A stretch of DNA of 32,000 nucleotides, taken from assembly GCF_000186885.1 (NCBI RefSeq), contig NC_014972.1:3300001-3332000 (forward strand). The letters are read 5' to 3'. Positions 9,897 through 18,163 of the stretch are shown in pieces. Position numbers and translations under genes: made by a program. This stretch comes from Desulfobulbus propionicus DSM 2032 (GTDB taxonomy: Bacteria > Desulfobacterota > Desulfobulbia > Desulfobulbales > Desulfobulbaceae). The notes beneath the pieces are model-generated. The model saw nothing but the letters and a program-made list of their open reading frames with translations. It was not told where the DNA came from and searched no databases. How positions within the stretch are numbered: the stretch's first letter is position 1; the number at the start of each line of letters is the position of its first letter.

Positions 9897-9986
9897 TGCA
9901 GAACCTGATCCTCCTCATCATTATAATCGGCTCCATCATCATCGGCCTGGCCATCGGCATCCGGATGAAAAACAAACGAAAATAAT
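9897..9986 (+). CDS. Predicted 29-aa single-TM peptide MQNLILLIIIIGSIIIGLAIGIRMKNKRK
   Basis: Short ORF with strongly hydrophobic Ile/Leu core and basic C-terminal tail, between same-strand genes; not in the supplied ORF list; weak RBS. Confidence 0.4.
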
Positions 9987-10112
9987 GCCGGATTTCCTGT
10001 CGGTGTGCTTTGCCTGATCAGATGGAGCAACAGCATAGTCCCTCGACAAGAGATGACCACCCGAACGTCCGAGAGGTCACCTGCCCTCAAATCTCAACCA
10101 CCGAGTACTGTT

Positions 10113-11756
10113 ATGCGTGAAAAGCTCAAAGATTATCTTCGTTTGAAACGACTGCTTTCCGCCGGTTTTTTTACCAGCGGCATCATCCCCATTATCATCA
10201 TCGCTTCGGGTTCCATCTATAACTTCAAGCAATTGTCGATCAACGACATCGAGGTCACGGCCCGGCAGGTGGCGGAGCATCGTACCGATGTGATCAACAC
10301 CTTTCTCAACAGTCAGGTCAATTTCCTCTCCACGCTGATGAATCTTTATCCGCTGGATTATCTCGAGAATCAGGAGAACCTCAAAAACCTTTTCCTCGCC
10401 ATCTCCAAGGAGGGGCAGGAAGGAGCCATCGTCGACCTGCAGCTGATCGACACCAACGGCAAACAGCTCGCCTACGTCGGGCCCTATCAGGAGAAGGTGC
10501 AGGGCAAGGATTACAAGGATATCCCCTGGTTCAGCGAGGTATTGGTGCGCGGTACCTATGTCAGCGACGTGTTCAGCGGCTTCCGCAACTATCCCCACTT
10601 TGTCATCGCCCTCACCAATCCCCTCAAGACGTATGTACTCCGGGCGACCATTAACTCCGGCATCTTCAATTCGCTGCTCTACAGCGCGCAGATCGGTCCC
10701 AACGGCGATGCCTTCATCCTCAATTCCAACGGCGAATTCCAGACCCCGAGCCTGCAAAAAATGGATAAACTGAACGCCCTGGAGATCAAAATGCTCAAAC
10801 ACCACCCGGGGACGGAAATTTCCTCGGACGACGAATATCTCTACGCCAGCCAGTGGCTCAACGGCAACATGTGGCTGCTGGTCATCAAGACCAAGATCAC
10901 CGACTCCCTGGGCGTCTATTACAAGTACCGCAATCGCATCATCTTCATTGTCGCCGCCACCGCCGCCCTCTTTCTCTTCATCGCCAGCGGCATCAGCCGC
11001 TTCATCGTTGAACGGATGCAGCGGGCGGACCGGGAACAAACAGCGCTTGACCAGCAGATGGCCCATATTGAAAAAATGGCCAATATCGGCCGATTGGCCG
11101 CTGGCATCGCCCATGAAATCAACAACCCCCTGCAGTTGATCCAAATGCAGGCCGGCTGGATCGACGAATTGCTCCAGGAGGAAAACCCGGAACAGATCGC
11201 CAATCTGGATGAATACCGCCAATCGGTGGGCAAGATCAAACAACACGTCAATCGGGCCGGCACCATCACCCACCGCCTCCTTGGCTTTTCGCGCAAGATC
11301 AGTGCCGAATACGATGTGCAGATCAATGAGCTGATTCGGGAAACCATTTCCTTTCTGGAAAGCGAGGCCAACAGCAACAACATCACCCTCAATCTCCATT
11401 TTGACGACGCGCTGCCGGTGATCAGAACTGACGGTTCCCAGGTTCAGCAGGCCCTGCTGAACCTGATCGAGAACTCACTGGATGCGGTCGGTTCCGGCGG
11501 TCAAATCGACATCACCACCAGCCGCAGCCCCAAAGAGGTTTCCATACAAATCGCCGATAACGGTCCGGGCATCAAACCCGAGGTCCTGGCCAAGATCTGG
11601 GAACCGTTTTTCACCACCAAGGAACCCGGCAAGGGAACCGGACTGGGACTGTCGATCTGCAGCGACATCGCCCATAAACTCGGTGGGGAAATCATCGCCG
11701 AAAATCGGCCGCAGGGCGGCGCGCAGTTCACCCTCAAACTGCCCATTCGGGGCTGA
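10113..11756 (+). CDS. Cache-domain sensor histidine kinase (HK3)
   Basis: TM1 (LLSAGFFTSGIIPIIIIASG), dCache-like region (YVGPYQEKVQGKDYKDIPWFSEV..YVSDVFSGFRNYPHFVIAL), TM2, H-box [37 protein letters not shown]. Confidence 0.94.
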   Translation: MREKLKDYLRLKRLLSAGFFTSGIIPIIIIASGSIYNFKQLSINDIEVTARQVAEHRTDVINTFLNSQVNFLSTLMNLYPLDYLENQENLKNLFLAISKEGQEGAIVDLQLIDTNGKQLAYVGPYQEKVQGKDYKDIPWFSEVLVRGTYVSDVFSGFRNYPHFVIALTNPLKTYVLRATINSGIFNSLLYSAQIGPNGDAFILNSNGEFQTPSLQKMDKLNALEIKMLKHHPGTEISSDDEYLYASQWLNGNMWLLVIKTKITDSLGVYYKYRNRIIFIVAATAALFLFIASGISRFIVERMQRADREQTALDQQMAHIEKMANIGRLAAGIAHEINNPLQLIQMQAGWIDELLQEENPEQIANLDEYRQSVGKIKQHVNRAGTITHRLLGFSRKISAEYDVQINELIRETISFLESEANSNNITLNLHFDDALPVIRTDGSQVQQALLNLIENSLDAVGSGGQIDITTSRSPKEVSIQIADNGPGIKPEVLAKIWEPFFTTKEPGKGTGLGLSICSDIAHKLGGEIIAENRPQGGAQFTLKLPIRG

Positions 11757-11778
11757 ATCCCGGCGCTCCCACCTCTGA

Positions 11779-11827
11779 CCGGGGTGCGGGAAGGCTTCCA
11801 CTCCCACACCCCGGCCCTCACCGTTTT
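11779..11827 (+). terminator. Hairpin followed at a distance by a T-run after HK3
   Basis: CCGGGGTG (11779-11786) / CACCCCGG (11807-11814) with inner GGAAG/CTTCC complement; TTTTT begins 8 nt after the stem, so not a perfect intrinsic terminator. Confidence 0.4.
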
Positions 11828-11877
11828 TACACACCCTCCTCAAATCCCATCCCACGCGTCACCAAATTTATACACAA

Positions 11878-11905
11878 GCAATATTCAATAAAAACAAAAT
11901 ATTGC
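11878..11905. promoter_or_regulatory. AT-rich perfect dyad, candidate operator
   Basis: GCAATATT (11878-11885) ... AATATTGC (11898-11905); 12-nt spacer, 20-bp centre-to-centre, in the AT-rich intergenic region upstream of the HTH gene. Confidence 0.4.
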
Positions 11906-12131
11906 ACCAAATCCCGGATCGTTCGTCACCGTAATTATACACCTCTCCGTTGTTCGCTTCCTTCCCTGCTGGCCGCGCTTTGCCGGCATACCGTTGGCCA
12001 AACAGAGCAACCATTTGATTTTAAACATAAATCAATTTTATCTCGCCACGTATCTCTACCTGGCCTCCAATCTGCAATAGCAAGGGCAGCAGCAATCGTG
12101 TCCATCAGTCCTGCGGCGACAGGGAGAAGCC

Positions 12132-12683
12132 ATGACCAACGGAACCCGACCAGAACCCCATAACGATCTTGAATATCTTGATCTGGAACAGGCGGCAGTG
12201 ATCTGCTCTGTTTCGGATGAGCGATTCGGCAAGTGGATCGACAAGGGGGTCATTCCGGTGTTCGAGGTCAACGGCAAGAAGCTGATTCACTCCCATGACC
12301 TGATCCATCATCTCGTCCGTCACAACATTCCCATCCCCGACAGGCTGTTGCAGGGAAAAAACAGCAGGAAAATCCTGTTCGTCCTCACCGACGAGACCGT
12401 GCCCCACGCGGTGACCACCGAAGTCATCTGGGCGCTCTACAAATTGCGCAAGCGAACATCCTACATCTTTGATTTTGTCCGATTTGACAACAATATCGAA
12501 TTAAAGATCATCACCTTTTGTCCGGATGTGATCATCCTGTTGCAGGAAGATTCGACCAACCAAGGCCCAGAAACGACCATCCGCAAGATAGTCAACGGGT
12601 CAATCCCGCTCTTCACGTTGACCACCGACCGGAACATCGAGCTTGACACGTTTCTCAGCGAGTTAGCAGGAGGCCGACCGTGA
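12132..12683 (+). CDS. Predicted HTH (MerR/excisionase-like) protein with C-terminal degenerate receiver-like domain
   Basis: LEYLDLEQAAVICSVSDERFGKWIDKGVIPVFEVNGKKLIHSHDLIHHLV resembles a winged-HTH helix array; second half (KILFVLTDE...PDVIILLQED...IPLFTLT) has alternating beta/alpha character of a REC fold without the canonical phospho-acceptor motif. Confidence 0.65.
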   Translation: MTNGTRPEPHNDLEYLDLEQAAVICSVSDERFGKWIDKGVIPVFEVNGKKLIHSHDLIHHLVRHNIPIPDRLLQGKNSRKILFVLTDETVPHAVTTEVIWALYKLRKRTSYIFDFVRFDNNIELKIITFCPDVIILLQEDSTNQGPETTIRKIVNGSIPLFTLTTDRNIELDTFLSELAGGRP

Positions 12684-13079
12684 ACCAGCCTCCCGCACAC
12701 CGCCAGGCAAAGATCTCCGCCACGGAGAGAGCGGGGAGGCGTGCACGTTCCTCCCGCCTGGCTTCGCTGATGCATTGGATGCTGATGCGTGGTGCCACCA
12801 CGACAGGCAGATTCGGCACTGGTTGCGGGGACATCCCCCACCCCGCCGCCGTCCGCCCGGTCCGCCTGTACCATTGCACCGCGCATCATCATCCCCCTTG
12901 CTTTTTCTGCTCCCCCAAGGAGAGGAAAACGAGCATCTGTTCCCCCTTGATTGGCAACCGCGCGCACCGGCCGAACGAGCTCATCGGCCTTGCGCTCGAC
13001 ATTCAATCAACAACGGGCCGGGAGCCTCGCCCCTGCCCCTGGATAACCACAAACAACCCACTTCCACAGGAGAAAAGCC

Positions 13080-13508
13080 ATGTCACTGTATACCGTTCTG
13101 ATTGTTGACGACGAAGAGGAATTCCGTGAAATGACGGTCAAAAGACTGAGCAAACGCGATCTCGAATGTGACAGCGCCCCCGATGGTGACACTGCCCTGG
13201 AGATGATAACGAAGAAAAACTATGACGTTGTCCTGCTCGACGTCAAGATGCCGGGCAAGGACGGCATCGAAACCTTGCGCGAGATCAAGCGGATAACCCC
13301 GATGACCGAAGTGGTGATGCTGACCGGCCATGCCTCGGTGGAATCGGGCATCAATGGCATCAAGTACGGCGCGTTTGATTATTTGATGAAACCCATGGAA
13401 CTCGATCCGCTGTTTGAAAAACTCAATGCCGCCTACGAGCGGAAACGGGAACAGCAGGCCAAGATCGAAATGGCCCAGATCAAGAAAGACATGGCCCGTC
13501 CGTTCTGA
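13080..13508 (+). CDS. Stand-alone response regulator receiver protein, RR3
   Basis: VLIVDDEEEFRE, VVLLDVKMPGKDGIETLREIK, VVMLTGHASV, LMKPM; charged helical C-terminal tail; AGGAG upstream of ATG. Confidence 0.95.
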   Translation: MSLYTVLIVDDEEEFREMTVKRLSKRDLECDSAPDGDTALEMITKKNYDVVLLDVKMPGKDGIETLREIKRITPMTEVVMLTGHASVESGINGIKYGAFDYLMKPMELDPLFEKLNAAYERKREQQAKIEMAQIKKDMARPF

Positions 13509-13569
13509 ACGGCGGGCTTCGTATAAACCCAAAAAGCGCGTTTTTTATCGACAACCAAAGGAGAAAAAA

Positions 13570-14850
13570 ATGAAGTTTTTTCGTGATCTGAACCAATTCA
13601 TGGTGGCCGGGGCCAAGGCCCACGCCCGGTGGGAATTGGAAATGTCGAGCAACATCCTCAAAAGCCGCAAGCGGCTGCTGGTCCTGGGCCTGCTGCTCAT
13701 TCCCGTTTTCCTCGGCGGATACGCCTTTGCCGATGCCGTTGGCCAGGCCCTGCCCTCCTTTATCGGCGGCAAAACAGCCTATGGTCCTTCCCACTACACC
13801 AATCTCATCTTTGGCGCCTCGGTGCTGGTCGGCGTGTGCGCCGGTCTGATCACCGGCTGTATCGGTGCCGGCGGCGGCTTCATCATTGCCCCGGCCCTGA
13901 TGAGCGCCGGCGTCAAAGGTATCCTCGCGGTCGGTACCGACCTGTTCCACATCTTCGCCAAGGCGATCATGGGTTCGGTCCTGCACCGCAAGATGGGCAA
14001 CATCTCGGTATCGCTGGCCGTCACCTTCCTCATCGGCGCCATTGCCGGCTCGACCCTGGGCGGCTACATCAACCGCACCATCTATGACGCCAACCCGGTG
14101 CTGAGCGATATGTTCATCACCTCGATCTATGTCGTCATCCTGGGCTTCCTCGCCTTCTACGCGATGAGCGATTACCTCAAATCCCGCTCCAAGAAAGCGG
14201 TCATCGAGGAGGGTGCCACCAAGATCGCCGAAGAGATCCCCAACATGGGCAAACGGCTGCAGGCCATCAACATACCGCCGATGCTGACCTTCGACGAGAA
14301 CGTCACCCCCGGTGGCCGGCGGTTGTCGGCCATTTTCCTGGTCATCGCCGGTTTCATCGTCGGCATGGCAGCCTCCATCATGGGTGTCGGCGGCGGCTTC
14401 CTCACCTTCCCGATCTTTGTCTATGGTCTGGGCGTTTCCTCGATGACCACCGTCGGCACGGACATCTTCCAGATCGTGTTCACCGCCGGGTATGCCGCCA
14501 TCAGCCAGTACGCGGTGTACGGCTTCATCTTCTACACCCTGGCCATGGGCATGCTGCTCGGCTCGCTGATCGGTATCCAGATTGGCTCCATCGTCACCAA
14601 GGTCGTTCCCGGCACCACCATCCGCGGTTTCTACGCGATCACCGTTACCGCCGGTTTCCTTAACCGGGTCTGCGCCCTGCCGGAAAAACTGATGAAGATG
14701 GGCTACGTGCAATTGAGCAAGGAGTTCCTCAATATTGTCAACATGATCGGCAATATCGGCTTCTTCATCATCATCTCCACCTTCGCGGTGTGGGTCTTCT
14801 GGTGCTTTTTCACTAATCTCAAGGTCCTGAAATCAGGGGAGGCGCATTAA
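13570..14850 (+). CDS. TauE/SafE-family (sulfite/anion exporter-like) multi-pass membrane permease
   Basis: Two internal repeats with GAGGGFIIAPALMSAGVKGILAVGTDLF and GVGGGFLTFPIFVYGLGVSSMTTVGTDIFQIVF; many hydrophobic segments; ATG at 13570 after AAAGGAG. Confidence 0.88.
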   Translation: MKFFRDLNQFMVAGAKAHARWELEMSSNILKSRKRLLVLGLLLIPVFLGGYAFADAVGQALPSFIGGKTAYGPSHYTNLIFGASVLVGVCAGLITGCIGAGGGFIIAPALMSAGVKGILAVGTDLFHIFAKAIMGSVLHRKMGNISVSLAVTFLIGAIAGSTLGGYINRTIYDANPVLSDMFITSIYVVILGFLAFYAMSDYLKSRSKKAVIEEGATKIAEEIPNMGKRLQAINIPPMLTFDENVTPGGRRLSAIFLVIAGFIVGMAASIMGVGGGFLTFPIFVYGLGVSSMTTVGTDIFQIVFTAGYAAISQYAVYGFIFYTLAMGMLLGSLIGIQIGSIVTKVVPGTTIRGFYAITVTAGFLNRVCALPEKLMKMGYVQLSKEFLNIVNMIGNIGFFIIISTFAVWVFWCFFTNLKVLKSGEAH

Positions 14851-14852
14851 TC

Positions 14853-15554
14853 ATGGCAACTTCAGCACAACTCAAGACCCGCGGGTTTCTCCTGCTGGCA
14901 TCGTTCTTCGCGATCCTGGTGGCTATTTTCATGCCGCTGTTTCCCGGAGCCCATGGCGAAAAGGTTAACGGCCTCGATTATCTCGACAATTTTTTCAACC
15001 AGCTGTCCAAGGGTTCCGCGTATTACATCCCGGAACAGATAACAAAAGCGGAACAATACAACGGTCAGCAGTTCACCACCTCGCTGAAGATGAAATCTCC
15101 GGAAGAGGCAGTCATCACCGCCAAGTTGTTCGCCGCCAATAGCATCACTGCGGTCGCAGAGGGTGACAAAGTCAAGGTCAGCGGCGATTTCGGCTCCATG
15201 ATTACCATCATGCTCAACGATGCCGATGCCATGTACAAGAACAACGGGCAGGCACTGGTCGAGAAATACGGGGTGGATGAACGCCAGACCATCTACTCCT
15301 GGTACCAGGCCCTGACCGCCATGGAGAAGGACATGACCAAGGCCGGTCAGTTCGCCCAGGCCAAGTTTGTCAAGAACTGCATGTCCAAGGCGGTCGAACC
15401 GGCTTACAACTATTACAAGGTGGAAGCCAAACCGGTGAAAGAGGAAATCTTCCTGCTCATCGCCGCCCTGGCCTTCTACGTCATCTACACCATGTGGTAC
15501 GGTTTCGGCCTGCTCTATCTGTTCGAAGGCGCGGGCATCAAGCTTGAGCATTGA
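14853..15554 (+). CDS. Conserved-looking membrane protein of unknown function with two TMs and a ~140-aa soluble central domain, probable partner of the TauE/SafE permease
   Basis: TM near N-terminus (GFLLLASFFAILVAIFMPLF) and C-terminus (EEIFLLIAALAFYVIYTMWYGFGLLYLF); starts 2 bp after the permease stop. Confidence 0.8.
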   Translation: MATSAQLKTRGFLLLASFFAILVAIFMPLFPGAHGEKVNGLDYLDNFFNQLSKGSAYYIPEQITKAEQYNGQQFTTSLKMKSPEEAVITAKLFAANSITAVAEGDKVKVSGDFGSMITIMLNDADAMYKNNGQALVEKYGVDERQTIYSWYQALTAMEKDMTKAGQFAQAKFVKNCMSKAVEPAYNYYKVEAKPVKEEIFLLIAALAFYVIYTMWYGFGLLYLFEGAGIKLEH

Positions 15555-15580
15555 TTGCCTGAGCGATCCATGACGACAAA

Positions 15581-15618
15581 GGCTGCGGGAGGAAACGCTT
15601 TCCACCGCAGCCTTTTTT
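15581..15618 (+). terminator. Strong intrinsic terminator-like hairpin
   Basis: GGCTGCGG-ga-GGAAA-cgc-TTTCC-a-CCGCAGCC followed directly by TTTTTT. Confidence 0.85.
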
Positions 15619-15628
15619 ATTCTCCGCC

Positions 15629-18163
15629 ATGACGATTGTTGACCGATTTTTCTCCATAGTGCGTCGCTTCCGCCGTGGCTCAGCCACCTCGCCTCGGCTG
15701 AGTCCGGAAGAACTGCACCGGTTGTTTCTTTCCCGCTACCGCTCTTTCCGCGAGCTCCTCGTCGCCAATGCCAATGCCCTGGAAGCCATGGCGGAAATGG
15801 AAAAGGTCCTCCGCGACGGCCGCACCCTGTCCATGACCTTTATTCGTGCCCGCTGTACCCTGGTGACGGTCAATGTCTACAAAATAATTCATAACCTCAA
15901 AAAGATAGCCGACGGACGCTACGGCGAACTCGATCGTGTGTTCCTGCGTTTGCAGCAACACATCGAAACCCTGCTGGAAGGAAATAGGGGCCGCGCCAAG
16001 GGGGAACTCATGCTGCCCTTGGACAGGATCGACCGCACCCAGGCGGATTTGACTGGCGAGAAAATGGCCAATCTGGGGGAAATCGGGTCGCTCCCAGGCA
16101 TCCGCATCCCTCCCGGCTTCGCCCTGACCGTCGTGGCATCCCGGCTCTTCTTCCAGCGCAACCAGCTCTATCCCAAGATCAATCACATCATCCAGCAAAT
16201 GGATATCGCCGATCTCGAGGATTTGGACCGGAAAAGCACAACCATTCAGGAGATGATCCGTGCCTGCCCCCTGCCCCCAGAGGTGGAGACCTTGCTCCTG
16301 GAGGGATTTGACCGCTTGGCCACGCCCAATCCGCGCCTGCGCCTGGCCGTCCGCTCCAGTGCCCTGGGAGAGGATCTGGGGCAGGCTTCCTTTGCCGGCC
16401 TCTACCACACCGAGCTTTCAGTGGACCGAGATGCCCTGGTGGCTGCCTACAAATCGGTTTTGGCCTCGAAGTATTCCTCTCGGGCCATTTCCTACCGGCT
16501 GGCCAAAGGGTTCATCCATGAGGAAACCGAAATGTGCGTCGGCTGTCTGGCCATGGTGGAGGCCGTGACCAGCGGCATCTGTTACACTCGCTCCATCGGC
16601 GGTCGCGGCAACACCTTAGACCTGTTTGCCGCCCCAGGTGCCGGCAAGGGCATTGTCGAGGGGACCTGTCCCACCCGCCATTTCCGGCTCGACCGTACCC
16701 CTCCCTATGCGCTTTGCTTGCCCGGAGAGGCGGGCAACGGTTTGCTGACCGAAGCCCAGGCCGTGGCCCTGGCTGATATCGGCATGCGGCTGGAACGCCA
16801 TTTCGGCGCACCGCAGGACATTGAGTGGTCCATCGACGCGACGGGGACCATCTTTGTCCTCCAGAGCCGGCCGATCTCCGTTCCCTCCTTCGATACCGCA
16901 ACCGCCAGCCGGCAGTTGCCCGATGACGAACAGCTGCTGCTCCACGGTGGCGTGACCGGCTGCGGCGGCAGCGGCAGCGGCCCGGTGTTCATTGTCCGCT
17001 CACCGGCGGACATGCATCAGTTTCCCAAACGGGCTGTCCTTGTGATCAAGCACCCCTTGCCCGAATGGGCCCCGCTGCTCAAGCGTGCCGTGGCCCTCGT
17101 GGCCGAGACCGGAAGCGAGGCCGGCCATCTGGCCACCATTTCCCGTGAATTCGGTCTGCCGTCCCTGCTCGCGCTACCGGGGGCCACGGAAAAGCTGGTC
17201 AACGGCCAAATCGTCACCGTGGATGCAGGCAACCGGGCGGTCTATCGGGGCCGCATCGAGGAACTGCTGGTGGAGACCGTTGCACGCCCCAACCCCATGG
17301 CGGGCAGCCCGATTCAGCGAACGTTGATCGAGGTCCTCAAGCTGATCACGCCGCTCAACCTGACCGACCCGGCTGCCGATGACTTCCATGCCGCCAACTG
17401 CCGGACCCTGCATGACATCACCCGATTCTGCCATGAGAAATCGGTGATCGAAATGTTCGAGTTCGGCAGACGGTATCACTTCGACAAAGGGGCCGCCAAA
17501 CGACTGGGCGACACCCTCCCCCTGGAGTGGTGGGTGATCGATCTCGGCGGGGGATTCCATCCTGGGTATGATATCCACCGGAAGGAGATCGCCATCACCG
17601 ACATTGCCTCGGCTCCCATGCTGGCGATCTGGGAGGGAATGCATGCCGTGGCCTGGGAGGGACCGCCGGCGGCCCGATTCCGGACCATGGTTTCCTTCCT
17701 GATGCAATCAGCCATGAACAACGGCCTCAATCCAGGCCGCTCTTCCGCCCTACGGGAGAAGAATTATTTTCTTATTTCGAAAAATTATTGTAATCTCAGC
17801 GTGCGTCTGGGATATCACTACGCCATGATCGAGGCAATGCTGGGTGATCGGCCGGTTGACCGCTACATCACCTTTCGTTTCAAAGGCGGAGCGGCCAGCG
17901 ATGAGCAACGAATTCGGCGGATTGAATTGCTGGCCGAGGTGTTGGAAACATTTGACTACCGGATTGACAGAATCGGCGATGCCTTAACCGCCCGGGTGGA
18001 ACGGGAGAGCGAACGCTTCGTTATCGACCGGCTCAAGGTGCTCGGGCATCTCACCGTCCACACCCGTCAGTTGGACATGGTCATGGCTGACCCCGGCGCC
18101 CAGCGGTTCTTCCGCGACAAATTCATTCAAGAGATTGGGGATATGTTGAATCATGGCCAGTGA
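15629..18163 (+). CDS. PPDK/PEP-synthase-like protein, paralog 3 (most divergent ATP-grasp motifs, non-canonical C-terminus)
   Basis: LTGEKMANLGEIGSLPGIRIPPGFALT, AVRSSALGEDLGQASFAGLY, PQDIEWSIDATGTIFVLQSRPI, ETGSEAGHLATISREFGLPSLLA; C-terminal FKGGAA and LGHLTVHTRQLDMVM shared with the other two paralogs. Confidence 0.92.
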   Translation: MTIVDRFFSIVRRFRRGSATSPRLSPEELHRLFLSRYRSFRELLVANANALEAMAEMEKVLRDGRTLSMTFIRARCTLVTVNVYKIIHNLKKIADGRYGELDRVFLRLQQHIETLLEGNRGRAKGELMLPLDRIDRTQADLTGEKMANLGEIGSLPGIRIPPGFALTVVASRLFFQRNQLYPKINHIIQQMDIADLEDLDRKSTTIQEMIRACPLPPEVETLLLEGFDRLATPNPRLRLAVRSSALGEDLGQASFAGLYHTELSVDRDALVAAYKSVLASKYSSRAISYRLAKGFIHEETEMCVGCLAMVEAVTSGICYTRSIGGRGNTLDLFAAPGAGKGIVEGTCPTRHFRLDRTPPYALCLPGEAGNGLLTEAQAVALADIGMRLERHFGAPQDIEWSIDATGTIFVLQSRPISVPSFDTATASRQLPDDEQLLLHGGVTGCGGSGSGPVFIVRSPADMHQFPKRAVLVIKHPLPEWAPLLKRAVALVAETGSEAGHLATISREFGLPSLLALPGATEKLVNGQIVTVDAGNRAVYRGRIEELLVETVARPNPMAGSPIQRTLIEVLKLITPLNLTDPAADDFHAANCRTLHDITRFCHEKSVIEMFEFGRRYHFDKGAAKRLGDTLPLEWWVIDLGGGFHPGYDIHRKEIAITDIASAPMLAIWEGMHAVAWEGPPAARFRTMVSFLMQSAMNNGLNPGRSSALREKNYFLISKNYCNLSVRLGYHYAMIEAMLGDRPVDRYITFRFKGGAASDEQRIRRIELLAEVLETFDYRIDRIGDALTARVERESERFVIDRLKVLGHLTVHTRQLDMVMADPGAQRFFRDKFIQEIGDMLNHGQ

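Noticed and set aside
12680-13108. 142-aa ORF bridging the HTH gene and RR3
   Set aside because: Overlaps the RR3 start, has no RBS-supported homologous pattern and non-protein-like composition.
13480-14712. 410-aa minus-strand ORF opposite the TauE/SafE permease
   Set aside because: The plus strand encodes clear TM repeats; the minus-strand translation is Asp/Gly/His-rich and featureless.
3929-18163. Annotation of the three large proteins as true PEP synthase (ppsA) or PPDK (ppdK)
   Set aside because: They share the ATP-grasp and His domains but the C-terminal region does not show the PEP/pyruvate-binding barrel motifs, so the enzymatic name and gene symbol are not supported.
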